Shown here: positions 27,577 to 41,098 of the stretch, one piece after another
How positions within the stretch are numbered: position 1 is the first letter of the stretch
How the letters are laid out: each line of letters opens with the position of its first letter
From: Trichoplax sp. H2
Taxonomy: Eukaryota
NCBI GenBank assembly: GCA_003344405.1
Contig: NOWV01000023.1
Coordinates: forward strand, 620,001-684,000
Direction: 5' to 3'
DNA: 64,000 nt
Position numbers and translations under genes: made by a program
Notes under the pieces: model-generated
What the model was told of the DNA's origin: nothing
Databases searched by the model: none
Seen by the model: only the letters and a program-made list of their open reading frames with translations

Positions 27577-28417
27577 GACTATCATATAATAGAAAGAGGA
27601 CGTGATTAAGCAATTTCAAATAGAATATCAGTTTGCATCACTAAATAAGTAAATTGTCATGATTTTAAGACACATAAAAGACCAGCAACTGTCAGCAAAC
27701 TACAGAATTTTAGTAATGAATTTAATGTATAACGTATAAATATGGATGCTTTGTATCAATGAATTGTTAAAGTAGATCCTTAGGGTTGTATTAGAAAGAC
27801 TGATGAAAGAAATTATAAAAAAATAGAGAAAGTAATCAGTAAGCTTCAGTTTACAAACGAAATTACACTGAACATTATCACTAAGGGTATACCAGTCTAC
27901 CTAATACCGCGTAGGATTAAAATCAGGCGATAACCGCAACAGCCCTACCAACTGATGGCTATCACGAGTTTTATTTACTTGCTGATTTGAAAATGAATAC
28001 TACTATACGTAAACAATGTTCTTAATGGTGTTTGATACCTACAACCATCAGTACTGTAACGTACCTAATATTATAGCCTCGATAGGCCAAGAAATTAGAT
28101 CAGGAGGATGAGTACCAACTCAACGAATTGCAAAGTAATAAATCTCGACTTTAATTTCCTATAGTAGATGTTTCTAGCTACCACTGTAAAATTAGTGTAC
28201 CACAAGATTTTGCATTATGATAATATAATAACTCTTTAATATTTTACGTAACTCAGTTTTTCCCTCAAGCAGTAGCCTGTCTTACCTATGAGCTCTATTC
28301 ATGAGTTACTATGGGGGTATATTATGTTATTTACCCCACGATTTACCACTACCTAGTAAGAAATTGAAGTAAAATATGCATTATTCCATGCTGATTCGAT
28401 TCAGTATTGTAACTACT

Positions 28418-28431
28418 GTTGCCTTGGCAAC
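28418..28431. promoter_or_regulatory. RFX-binding X-box upstream of the DCDC1-like gene
   Basis: GTTGCCTTGGCAAC differs by one base from the canonical GTTGCCATGGCAAC and sits in a longer palindrome (28414-28435). A minus-strand donor AG|GTAAG at 28285 and an acceptor at 27579-27580, 2 nt before the ATG, imply a non-coding exon 1 just downstream of the box. Confidence 0.75.
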
Positions 28432-28569
28432 AGTACGATCATGCGTATTGATATAGTTACGGATATCTTAGTCATGCGCACCTGTAATAAGCACTCTGCA
28501 ATATTAAAACGTAATAGCATGGTAAAATTATTTTTGCTCTATAACTTAGTTTTATAGAAGCATTTAATT

Positions 28570-28900
28570 AGCTGTTAATTTAGATTAATTAATTGTAAGG
28601 AACATGGAAATATTCAGCTGTATAGAGATTATAGATACTGTATGCAATTCTACCAAATATACTTGCAAGTTAGAGAAAGAATTTCTATTATGTCAAAGCA
28701 AGATATTTTCAATAAAATATATAAGAATGATGGATAACTTTACTTACCAATACATTACTAGACTTTATCAATACAGTATGTAAAAATGACGGATAACTCG
28801 ATTTGCCAACGCATATAAAAAATGATTGTGCTATTAGTTTTGATCGATTAATTATAATTAACGCGTGCATATCTAGCCGGATAGATATCATAGATATTGC
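28570..28900 (+). repeat. ~260-bp AT-rich repeat, ~1.3 tandem units; further copy at 30180-30425
   Basis: Shared blocks TAGAGAAAGAATTTCTATTATGTCA (~28672 and ~30349), CATATAAAAAATGATT (~28812 and ~30231) and AGCCGGATAGA. Confidence 0.8.
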
Positions 28901-30179
28901 GTTGTTACGAGCTAGGAATAGCCCTAACTTGCTACTAGGATTAAGAGGGCGATTTCTATCCTTTACTACTGTTATTTGGAATGCTAGACAATTGGTATTC
29001 CACGGCGGATAGGGTTCAACACAGAGAGACCTTCAAGACTTACTAGAAAATTACAATCTAATTTATTGTCGGTAAACTCGCCCTTAATATAGGTTTCGGA
29101 CCTAAAACTAGTTTAGCTACCCAAGTCACCTCGTCTATTAGAAATTAATTAAATTAATACTCTAAAGAGATTCTATCTGTACCGATTAGATACAATCTAA
29201 TCCTATTAAATTTACTGTAACAGTATTGAAATAATCAATGCTTATTAATAGTTTAGCAGATACATATAAAGCTGTCCGTCACGGTACGCCGTTACTAATT
29301 AAGTAACTGTAAACTAATGAATGCTTATGAATAGATAAGATAAGGTTATGTGCTATGTTTAATGCGCTTGTAGCTGATAATAGGATGGTAGGAATGAGAT
29401 AAAAATAGAAGTTGTTAACAGTTAATTTACTGTAGGTTTATAAGGTATGTTAATCTCTAAAAATTGAGCTGTATATGGACGAAGGTTAAGCGTCTTAACA
29501 CCTGATAGCTTGTAGCTATCTAAGTCTGAGAATATCGACATGTATATTTAGTAATGGTATTATACTAATTAATGTAACTTGTAAAGCATGAATTCTCACT
29601 CGTTAATATTGGAATTCACTGTAGAAACCTATTTAAGCGCGTGTGTTTGTAGAATAAAGCAAGTAATTGCTCAAGAAACGGCAAGACTCATATCGTGAAG
29701 AATAGTGTAATAATTAGTCAGTAGTCTGTGGAGATCAGCCGAGAAATCGAGTTCTCAAATACTTCTCTCATAGAAACTGAAAGTACTGGGAGAAATAGCC
29801 CTAGTTTTAAGTAACTACACTAGAGTTCTTTACTTTCCTTTGCCACAAGTGAGGGTTGTGAAACTGTCCTACTAAGGCATTTCGTCTAAACTTAGGAATT
29901 ATATTTTAAATTTTAACAACCTTGGAGGTGATAGATATAATCCAGCTTAGCTTGCAGGTAATTACTATTTTAGTCTATGTAATCTTAAATTAAGGATATT
30001 AACTGTTAACCACTAAATTTACAATTAAGGAGACCGTAAAACATTTTTGAGATATAAACATATATAGAATGTAACATAGAAATAAAGTATACGTCACGAA
30101 GATTACTTTCGTGACATGCATTTACTCCTACTAAAAACATTAACACCTTACAGAAACAATTTTTATTCTGTCATAACGA

Positions 30180-30425
30180 GTTTTTCAGTACAATGTACAA
30201 AAAATGATACGATACCTTTATTTGCCAAACCATATAAAAAATGATTATGCTCTTAATTTAGATTGATTAATTATAAGTAAGGCGTAGATATCAAGCCGGA
30301 TAGAGATTATAAATACTGCATGTATTCCTAATAAACATAGTAATATGCTAGAGAAAGAATTTCTATTATGTCATAACTGGACTTTTCAATACAGTATACA
30401 AGAATGATGAATAGTTTTACTAGCC
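30180..30425 (+). repeat. Copy of the ~260-bp repeat at 28570-28900
   Basis: Same blocks in circularly permuted order, as expected for a piece of a tandem array. Confidence 0.8.
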
Positions 30426-33400
30426 CAAGAATATAAAAAATTAATTGATTTCTCGAGTAATATTGCACTTTGATTGCTGTGGAATGCATTTTTTATTTGC
30501 TATACATTATTTAAAAAATAATATTGAACATGTTGATAATGATAAACATTTAATGTTAAATTACAAAGCTTTATAAAATTATGCGTGACAAAATTTTACC
30601 GCCACCTTAATTACTGAAGTCAACGACAGGATATCCTGTTCGTTTTATATCCTATCCCTTGAGTATACCATATGGTGCGATTAATCACTGGTAAAATCGA
30701 ATGTATAAAATATGGAGAATTGAAACTGTCCAATATCAATTATCAAAAGTTATTATGGAAGTTAGTTAGATATTATCATGCTCAATTTTTTCTCTTAGAA
30801 AGTAGCCAATAAATGTTACGTATATGGAATTTATTCATAACTTGAACCGTAAAAATTAAGAATAATAGTTATTAGATTAAATTAGGGTTCACTTTTTTAG
30901 TAATTTTTAATAGACGTGATATTGGGATTAAATTTTCACAAAGGTTGTTACTTAACTAAACTTGCCTAATCTAAACTAATTAGATTACCCTAGCTAAGTA
31001 ACAATAACCGAGAAATGCACTTTCAGAATCTTCTGACTATATCTTTATTCTAGAAAATGCAAGTCTAATTTAATATTCTAAATCGATCATTTAGATAGCA
31101 TTTTTAGCCATAAAACCGGTTTACGATGTGTGATATATTTCGACCAATAAGACTTCATGAATACATTAAATTATTCCTAGTCTAATCCAATGAATATGTA
31201 ATATTACTATAGATTAACTTTATGTTTGCCCAGCTTATAATTAACAGGATTTATATTGAATTTACCATTAAATTTACCATTGACAATTCATATACCATAT
31301 TTAGTATAATTTAACCTGTATTAGGAACAGGTTTGTATCGGCTATATTAAGTCATCAAATAATTCATGCACATATCCAAATTAATAACTATCTTAACGTG
31401 ATACATATACATGTCTAAATTAAGTAAGTTATCAGTCATCACGGTAGATTCACTACCGTGACATAGATAGAATAAAACGCCATGCTTCGTAAAGCTCTTG
31501 CATGTATTAATAACTTTCTAGAGACATACACTAAATTCTAACTTTGATCTTGCTCTTGAAAGTACTTGCTAACATAGAATTATAGTAGAGACATATGTGC
31601 TATAGTTATTATATTGCTACAGACTTGGAAGTCAAGATGTTCTCGTACAACCCTAAAATTATCTTGTTTGGCCTTTCTGGAGCTATTAATTTTTAAATAT
31701 GATAATTTCTAATTTTTTATGACTGTACAATATATACTTACATAAATTAGTATACCATGTTAGCGATTAATAGATGGCACCGATAAAATAGTAAAAGTAT
31801 ATTTAAATGTAACCGAAAGCGGTATATTCCAGTAAGTAAATCATGAGCACCGCAGTGCACTTACTGATTAGCAATCGATTTTAACAAATTTAGAAAACGT
31901 TACGATAATATTATGTATAAAATATGAACTGCTAAATTCTTTACTATGAGGAGTGCATTTTAGCTTAACGTATGATACCACTCAATGACTTAATATGAAC
32001 GGTGTATTTCTTACTGAGTAAAAATTATGGATACTTCATATTTTTCTCTTTTTATCCGTTCGCCTTGTAATGATTTTAGCTAATTGTAGTAGTACAGCAG
32101 GTGGCTAATAGGATGAGACGGCGCACTTGTACTGTTTCTAGTATAAGATATCCTAGGAAATTACTCAATTTTTTTGCTAACTCGAATTTTGGGTTATGTA
32201 GCAGAACTAATAGTAATGGAAGGAGACTGTTACTCGGTCATTACACACCTCTAGTACCTAGACTTTTTGTATATTAATAATATTTAAAAATCGAAAATTT
32301 TCTGGCAGTTACATTACAAAAACGGCTTAGATTGCACTAGCGTTTTCTTAGTAAGTGGTATGAAATTGGATAAATATGAAACATGTTTGAATGTGCTAGT
32401 TATGATTGGTAACTACAACTATTCGATGAAAGGAGAGTATTATTTGAGGATTCATAGCTATTAATAGATATCTGCAGGATGTTAGTTAATATCCGGGAAA
32501 CATATAAAAATCATCGTCTGAATATTTCAGTATTAATAGACTACTAGATAATGCTTTAAATTCTTATCAATAAATATTAATAGGATATTTCATGAATATA
32601 AATTAAGCAAAGCTTTAGCGGAAAGGATACCATCAGATAATTTTAGTAATAATATTAGTACAATTTGATACAAAACTTATTATATTTAAGGTATGCTTTA
32701 CCACATAAATTTGAATTTATTTATATTCTCTCTTGGTTAGCATTAAGATTTTAATTTCTCTTAGTTTCGTTTGATTTACATGTGCTATAGTATTTGAGAG
32801 TCAACAGAACGACTTGGATTCATGTCCAGAGTAGACTACAGCATACGGGCGAAACGATAATAATTAATATCAATTAGAGGCAATTTTAACAATATAATAC
32901 AATGATAGTGTTGGAATCAATGTGAAATATTTTTTTGCTTATTATTATTGCTAAACTTTCAACCTTTCAATCCTTTTAAAATAAAATTAAGATTAATTTG
33001 ATACCGGTAATCTAAAAGAATCTCTAAATTACATATTGATTTTTAATATAGAGAGAGAAGAATACATGAAAGGTGATAAACAATTATCTTAAAGTAACAT
33101 TAGCAAGCAATCAAGCATCGCATAATTATATATATATATTTTGGAGAAAGTGAAGTGCATTTTATTAATGAAGTACTAATTAAAAGATTATAAATTGACT
33201 GACTTAGAAATTTTAAAAGATATGGCGTTGTTTTGTTTAATAAAAAGCTGGTTCACATGAACAAGTTATTCATCAATGTGTCATGCTATTAAAATATTGT
33301 ATGCAGGAGTAACTATTTCTGAATTTAATGATTACTTTTAAAATATATTTAATGCTACGTGTAACTAAAATACTCAGCAATTTCCAATGTGAAAGTAAAT

Positions 33401-36400
33401 GAGCTTGGACAGATCATTGGCGCTGCTATTATTAATCAAAATAAGAAGTTATGAATGCGATGTTTCAATAGATTGCCTGTCCGTTACAATTGCAAGCAAT
33501 TGTAAGAGAGATAGGTTATTGAAAAGTAGTATTTATTGCAGTATGTGGGCAAAGAAAAACCGTTTACTTCCCCGAACAAACTGACAAGACCTATGCATGA
33601 TGATTTATTTCATAATGTAAGAAGCGCAGCAGGAAGAAATTATTTATAAACGCGAATGAGTAATAAGAATAGCTTAATTCTACATTAGAAGATTTCTATG
33701 CTACCATAGGATTAGAATATAAATGGAATTCAACGTTGCAAATATTAAATATAGATTATGAATGAACGCGTATAATGTTATACTACAGCGTAATAGACAT
33801 TAATTTTACTAAGAATAGAGTATACCGTATATAGCAGTATAAGCTACAATCGCAATAGTAATTTACAATTATATTCACTGTTGATTAGCGGTAAAAAGAC
33901 CTTAAAAGGTGAAAATGTACTTTATCTTTACAGACTACGGCCTCACTTTTACAATTCCAGTAATTAAGTTTTATGTCTTCCGGAAATAATAATTATTTCA
34001 CTTTAGTTCTAATGGTGCCTTTTTCTATATTTGAGTTTTATACAAGCTAATATTGTATGCCTAGCTTTACCTCGTCATTTGGAATTCTGTTTTATTCTTG
34101 ACCTACTAGTGGATCCAATTACCCGAGTGATATGTACCTTATGGACTAAATAGAATAATAATTTTTATTTGACAATTATAACTGTAAATATGCTCACATA
34201 CACTTTATCATGAGCTACTAAATCTCACCTCTGAATCATTAGAGTATTCTTAATATCAGAACTACAGTCAATAAATTTGATAATAAAAAGAGTACTTTTT
34301 CATCACTTCTAATCATAAAGCACTATCCTTTAATAATACTATTACGTGAAGATACTAAAACCACGGCTTCGACTATATTGATTTTTCCATATCATACTAT
34401 GTCTAATTTCAACTATCAGTATAAACTTAAACATACCAAGTATCTATTAGAGCTGAAGAATTAATTAAGATTCAAAGAAAAAGATTACTTAGATTCCATA
34501 GCCGGCACTAGTCGTAATTTACTGTACTAATGGTTGCGTAGTTGTAGTAGTCTAACCGACTCTAACTAATTTATCTAATCTTAGATCATTATAAGAACTT
34601 CGTAAAAGATCTTATTCCATAAGGTTTTCAGCAATAGTACAAGGAACAATAAGTATCGAACAATCGCCGCAAAATGGACGAATAGAATTATAAAAATAAA
34701 ATGTCATTCTAATCTTATTAAGAAAACAAGACTGAAAATTTGCTTTTTGCTGAAAGACAACGATTCGAGCTTATTAATTAAGAGTAGGTTTTTAATTTTT
34801 ATAAACCGACGCTAAATAGGAAAAATTGAACAATTTAGGAATATTATTTTAAGGATTTCGGATGCATCATTAACCACTGTACAATCTCAAATACTTTCAC
34901 GGTCTATTCTTACCATTAATCAATATAAGTATCAAGCTTTTGATCAAGCTTAAACTATTTATTGCTAAAATATGAAGTTTAAATGCACGAACCTCGAATG
35001 CAAATCAAAGTTCGTACTTCTATATATAACGCGAATATTGTGATAGGATTGCAAATAACGTATAATATGATAGTTGTTGGTAAGCTTGAAATTCCTTATT
35101 TAGATGAAAGTATGAAAGTCAAATATCATGATAAAATTAAAAATTAATGAACGATCATATCTGGTATGCTAATATTGCTTAGTTCAAACATGGTGACGCC
35201 ACTCAAAAGGTTGATAGATCAACTAAGTGTTGATATGAAATTGCAAAAGTTTGATTATAATATTACTATACCGAAACATAATAGAAATCATTCATCCTTA
35301 AGATGAATTTTCTTGTTACATTGGGTGATATTCAACATCTAGTTGTCCGCAGTCTTTAATTAATTAAACTGAATAATAATATTCCTATTAAGATACTGGA
35401 TATTACTTCTTAAGTACAGCTCTTTCTTTATCTGTGAAGAGAATTTCTACACGAAGTAAATTATGAAACATTTGATGATTTTATTTTGCAGTTCAGCATA
35501 ATAATTTCAATATTATTCATATGTAGCAGAGCAAAATTATATATAATACAAAAACTAATGCTTAAATGGCCTAGCTGATTGCTGATAACTATTAAATTAT
35601 GCTTCTTCGAAAAACGCTATCTCATAAATATTAATTTAGCAGATCACTAGATTTAATAAGTTATAATAGTAATCACTTTTATCAAGAATGTAAGTATGTA
35701 GCCAAAATGGCTCTTTCAACCGCGTATTGGCAAGACTAAATAAAACAGGAAGCCAATTTATTTCTGCTATTTTTACTTCAGATGGCAGACTTTTGGTTAA
35801 AAGCGAAAGAAATTTGTAATACATAGCTATACCCTGCTCGTATCGATAATTAAGGGCTTTTAAAAGTAAGAGAGTCCATTGAAACACCATAACTATCAGC
35901 GTTGCTTTTAGATACTGATTATATATTATTTGTATTGTTCATAGCAAATTTCATCTTTAACGTTTTATTCATTTAATCTTATTTAATAATTTCCGATTAA
36001 TTGATATAGATCAAAATCTGATTTAATAAAATAAATTTCAACGGCGTAGAATTACGCGCTATTTAACATAGAATTTGTGGACTTAATAAATTGATCAGAA
36101 AATTGAGAAGTATCCTAAGGATGGAGAATAACTTCAAGATGAAATTTATAAATTTATAAATAATCGCCACATTTTATAGTAGACGTAAAAATCTTACCTA
36201 TATTTGTTTGGTTTTGGTTATTTATTGATAGTTATTATCTTTACCAGTGCACCATTTATAAAACCAATCTAATATTACCAGGAAAGTTATACCGCAAATT
36301 TAAACATAATATCCATATCTGAGGAAAGATATAAACAGCTCATCTTATAAATCGTAAATTTCATAACATCGAAGAATACTAATATTATTTAACTAATACC

Positions 36401-39400
36401 TTATACCGATTATCATATCCAAACACAGCCAAGGCAATTTGCTTTTAAATAAACAAAAATCTACTCATAAAAATTTTTCAGAGGCGATACAGTTTACTGT
36501 ACAATTATTGATGTTTTTTTGCAGTATCGCACAGGCTACTAATGAAAGGATTAAACAGGAGACAGTATCTGAGAACTCTATTGTTCGCATTTTCTTCTAT
36601 TCTTATCTCAATCATTACTACTTCATGTAGGCTAATATATTATAGAAATTTAATTAAATTGGTTTGTAAGCTAATTTAGCATTTGTATATGTTAATCTAC
36701 TCTATGAATTGAAATGTAGTTAAGAAATAAATCACGCTTTTATATGTAGTTGGAGACTGTTAACAGCGTGTCTGCATAAAAAATGCAATATATTTGTTAT
36801 TGTAATTTACTTTTATTTATATGAATGAAATACTGAGCGATGAGAAAACATGAATATGATACTCTCTTAATAAATATTTTTTGATCAATGAGGTTGTCAT
36901 AAGTAACTTGGACAGGCAGTATTCTTAATTCTTTCACTGAGCCATATCACGATCATAGTTGATTAACAGTAATATGATTGTAATATTCTATACTGAAATT
37001 TTAACAAGACGTCAAGTTTGATATTTTATTTTAAGACAATTATCCAGACTAAATTTGCTAACATATCCAGTTTAAATTCACACTGATTTATTTTATTGCT
37101 GTATTCATCAATAGAATCAGCTACACCATTCTTTTCTCAATGCAGAATCACGTAATTACGTAGATAATTTTCATTTATTTCATTATCAAACTGAAGCCAA
37201 AAGGGCTCATATCAGAGAAACTGTTATAAATAAAAGATAAGAAAGAATTTTTACTGCTTTTCTTTATTAATTTGAACTATTAGATATTAACGGAGCAAAA
37301 AGGCTTTAGTTTTCATCAAAGGATAAGCGTTTAGCCGTAAGACCGGTAACGATCAATTAAATGCTATTAGCTTGCTAGTTGCATAAAATTATTTATACTT
37401 TACAATTTATTTATTTTGACTAGACCTAGCAGTTTAACGCCAAGAAACGCATTGTGATAGAGATTAAAAGTCTTTTTCCTTATTTAGTTTGATAATAACA
37501 GTACGTTTTGTTTTGATCTGTTTACAGCTGAAATAGAAATGGAAAATCATTCTTGGACAAATTTAATATTTTTAATTTAAAGTTCTAATATCACACAGTC
37601 AATATCTATGCAATGCGTATTAAAATTCTACCTACCAGCAGTTGTCGTTAGCGAAATTACTACATTTTTAGGATGTTCTGATTACAGTATAAGAAGCCTA
37701 ACCTCATTAACTGTACCACGCGAATCGGTTAAAACTATGGTTTGATATGGAATTTTTTAAGGATATTTAGCCAAAATACTTATCTAAGTTACTCTTTAAG
37801 TAAATAAATATATATCTATAATTTTAATAAATCTGTTAAAGAAATCAATTTCAGCTTATATAGAAGATTTTTCGTTAGCGTAGAGTTCGATATTATAAGT
37901 ATCAATAAATAGCTTTAATACAGAGTAGAGACTGACTTCAAATATTCATATGTATAATTCTCATTTGATACTCTTTTAAGATAAAGTATTAAAATCGTAC
38001 GAAGCAAAATCTCTATTAGTTATTCGTTATAGTTCGTTAATTTTGACCTTTAACTTCAATAATTTTATCTCAATTAACGTGAGCGAATGGTTCTATTAAT
38101 TTCGATCATCTAACTAAGCAAAAAATTAATTAATTGTAGTTCCAACTAATTTTGTCACTATTTCTTTCTCTACCAAGAGACTATGCCTCGTAACATCAGA
38201 TCAAAGTACTCGATATAAAGGACTAAAGCAAATCAGTAGTAATAAAATATATCAAAATTATCGCTACTGTATTCCTTTATGGAAGGTAAATAAATTAAGC
38301 TACGTGAGTGTGAGAATGAATATTAAAAGTTGAAAGCATTATGGTATCATTTATGAAATATAGCACAACTGGAATTGAATTTGCAATGATTCCTACTTAT
38401 TGTTGTAGCAGTGAAAATTTAAATGCAATAATAGCGTTGGTCTTGCAGTTAAGCCACTCATTCTAGAGCCTGCCTAGTGATTTGTTTTGGTATCAGTAAA
38501 TGAAATACTAAAGCAAATTTAATCGTTTTTGTTTTGTACGGTTTGCAAGCAATAATAATAACAATTATCTTTTTACTTTACAGCATCAACATAAATCAAA
38601 ACCAGTTGAAGATACAGTATATTCAAATGGCAATTTAAGTTTGACTTCATGCTAAAACGATATCGGTCCTAAATACCTAATTTTATTTTTTAAAGATTGG
38701 TACAAGACTTGAAAAGGTTTTATAAGATTCTATTGGAAAAAAATCATACCCGCGAAATGATATAAATTGCAAAACTACATATGCCAGTGTACACTGTACA
38801 ATATTTGCTTTAAATTTCGATTAAAATCGCAATGTCTGCCATACTACTAATTTTGAATAAAGAAGTTTCATAGGCAAGATAAATCAAATTTTATTGTACA
38901 TTTCATATGATGATTAAATATGTCCATAATAAATTTCTATTTTTCAAAACACATTCACATTAGGCTTATCAACCTCTGACCTTGATTAAGATATAAAAAA
39001 GTGGCTATTTTTGTAGCATACCATTTTATGACCACCTTTATGTCATATTACGTTCTAGGTTACCTATTGACAGACTTATTGGTATTTTATTATAGTGATT
39101 TCAATGCATCTGTCGTTTATTCTATTCTACCTATGCTGAAAGTGATTGTTTAGCTATAACTAAACATATAGATAGTATACGAAAACTCTATTATTTGCTG
39201 TATAATAAATACCTAGATTGAAAATTATTACTGGTCATTACCATTTGCTATTTTTGCTAACATCTGATTAAATTTAATATTACAGTGTAGATATCCTAAA
39301 ATTATAGAATTGTTATCAAGTTATATCAAGGTCAGCTGCACAGTAGGAAATAAAATCACACAAATGAAGAGCCACTCCAATCAGTTTATAATATTTTTCT

Positions 39401-40621
39401 TAAAAATTTCGAATAAAAAATTGGAATAATTATAAAAAATCCAATTTTTTTGTTCTTTCATTTCACAGAACATCAGTAGTCGACACATTGTGGAAATTAC
39501 AAATTAACTAGCCATATTTAGCAACATAATACTATAAATGAAATTAGAAATGAAGCTAAGAATGAAATGATAATAATTTTACAGACAAGTCGAAATAATC
39601 GAAATTCACAGAATAATAATAAGCTAAAAGTGAAAGTAAAAACATTTGAAATGGTTAGTATGACTAGTACCATCATTATTTTAATTATACATCGTCCACC
39701 TTACCTATGACGAAAAAATCTTCTCAAGACAAAACAGACGTCTATAATATCCGCCCTTTCTCCTCTTATCTAGGATAATATTTATACTTGTGTGCAACGT
39801 GTCCTTGTTTCAATCAAATTTCATTTTCCATTTTGCTCTATTAATGTGATCAAAACTAGTCACATACAGGTTCTTAAATCTCTGCAATCTTAGCAAAGTT
39901 AGCTGTTGAGATATAGAATTAACTTGCTTGGTAATGCTATCGATGATAATACCTTGTAATTGCATACTATTAACAAGTCGATCAAAAATTGCATTAATTC
40001 CAATATGGCCTATAATATCAATTTGATATCTTGTCATTATATAACATTGAATTAGATATCATGGATTCCTTGATTTCATTTCTCTTCTATTTTTTCTGGT
40101 TACTATTGTTACTTTTATAGAAGTTAGCAAAAACGAACTATCTGATATGATAGCCGTAACGCCTACTCATGTACAATATCGCTAGATGTTACATTCATGA
40201 CCTATGTTGACTAATTTATTACACCTTTAAGTATAATATTTTTGTCTATTTAATCGAGATAGCGCTAATTAATGCTATAAAATCTCTGCAGGATATTTAT
40301 GTCCATTAAATAATTTAACGTACCACAAGAAATTTTCAATTGTAATTATCACCATCATCAAGTAAAATATGTCAACAAATTGATTATTTCATTTCGATGT
40401 CGAATACCATTATGTTGCTCAACTCATTGCAATTTGCCATCAGTCCAGTAAACGGACATTGTATGACTTGGACTTTGCAACCCAATAAGTATGTATGTAG
40501 ATGAGTATTTTTTTGATTGGATCATTATGACCATGTTCGCACAGACTAAGTCTTCAAATTAAGATGTATATGAGATTTAAACTTGAATTAAATAAGGAGG
40601 TCAAGGATATAAGATCGAGAC

Positions 40622-41056
40622 CTAACAATTACTATTGTTCGACTTATGCAATGATATCCCCAGGCGTTTCTTCCAGCGTTTCAACCACGTGTCACTAGCT
40701 CGAAATGTCTGACTAATATTGAGTTCTTTAGCTAACTCTAAAGCCTTCTTTTTAAGCAATTTATTACTTACCAATCGATTATTGGCTAATTCATCCTTAT
40801 AATATTCATAGACAGCATTGTCTAAATCGATAGATATAGGTCGGCGACCAACATGTAATTTACGTTTCTTCTTGCGATCGCCTTCATTTTCTGCGGCTAA
40901 TTTAACATAATTTTTATTCCACTCTCGAATTCTAACACGCTCAACACCATATTCTCGCGCTGTTTTAGATACATTACAGTTATTAGCTCTTAAATATTTG
41001 ACGGCTTGAATTTTATATTCCACTGTAAACGATCTTCTCCTCCTACATAGTGCCAT
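40622..41056 (-). CDS. Brinker-type DNA-binding domain + CENP-B (Tc5/pogo) HTH protein, 144 aa, no DDE domain
   Basis: ATG at 41056 in strong context (ATCATGG). RRRSFTVEYKIQAV...NVSKTAREYGVERVRIREW is a BrkDBD-like HTH; KKKRKL is a basic linker/NLS; GRRP...LDNAVYEY...VSNKLLKKKALELA...FRASDTWLKRWKKR is a CENP-B-type HTH. The stop follows ~13 codons later. Confidence 0.85.
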   Translation of the reverse strand: MALCRRRRSFTVEYKIQAVKYLRANNCNVSKTAREYGVERVRIREWNKNYVKLAAENEGDRKKKRKLHVGRRPISIDLDNAVYEYYKDELANNRLVSNKLLKKKALELAKELNISQTFRASDTWLKRWKKRLGISLHKSNNSNC

Positions 41057-41098
41057 GATGCCAGCTTCAACATATGATTGGATCAATTTTTTAAAACT

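Noticed and set aside
31439..31461. 9-bp inverted repeat TCACGGTAG/CTACCGTGA (similar 8-bp one at ~61792-61809)
   Set aside because: Short isolated stems of this length can arise by chance in 64 kb; no supporting context.
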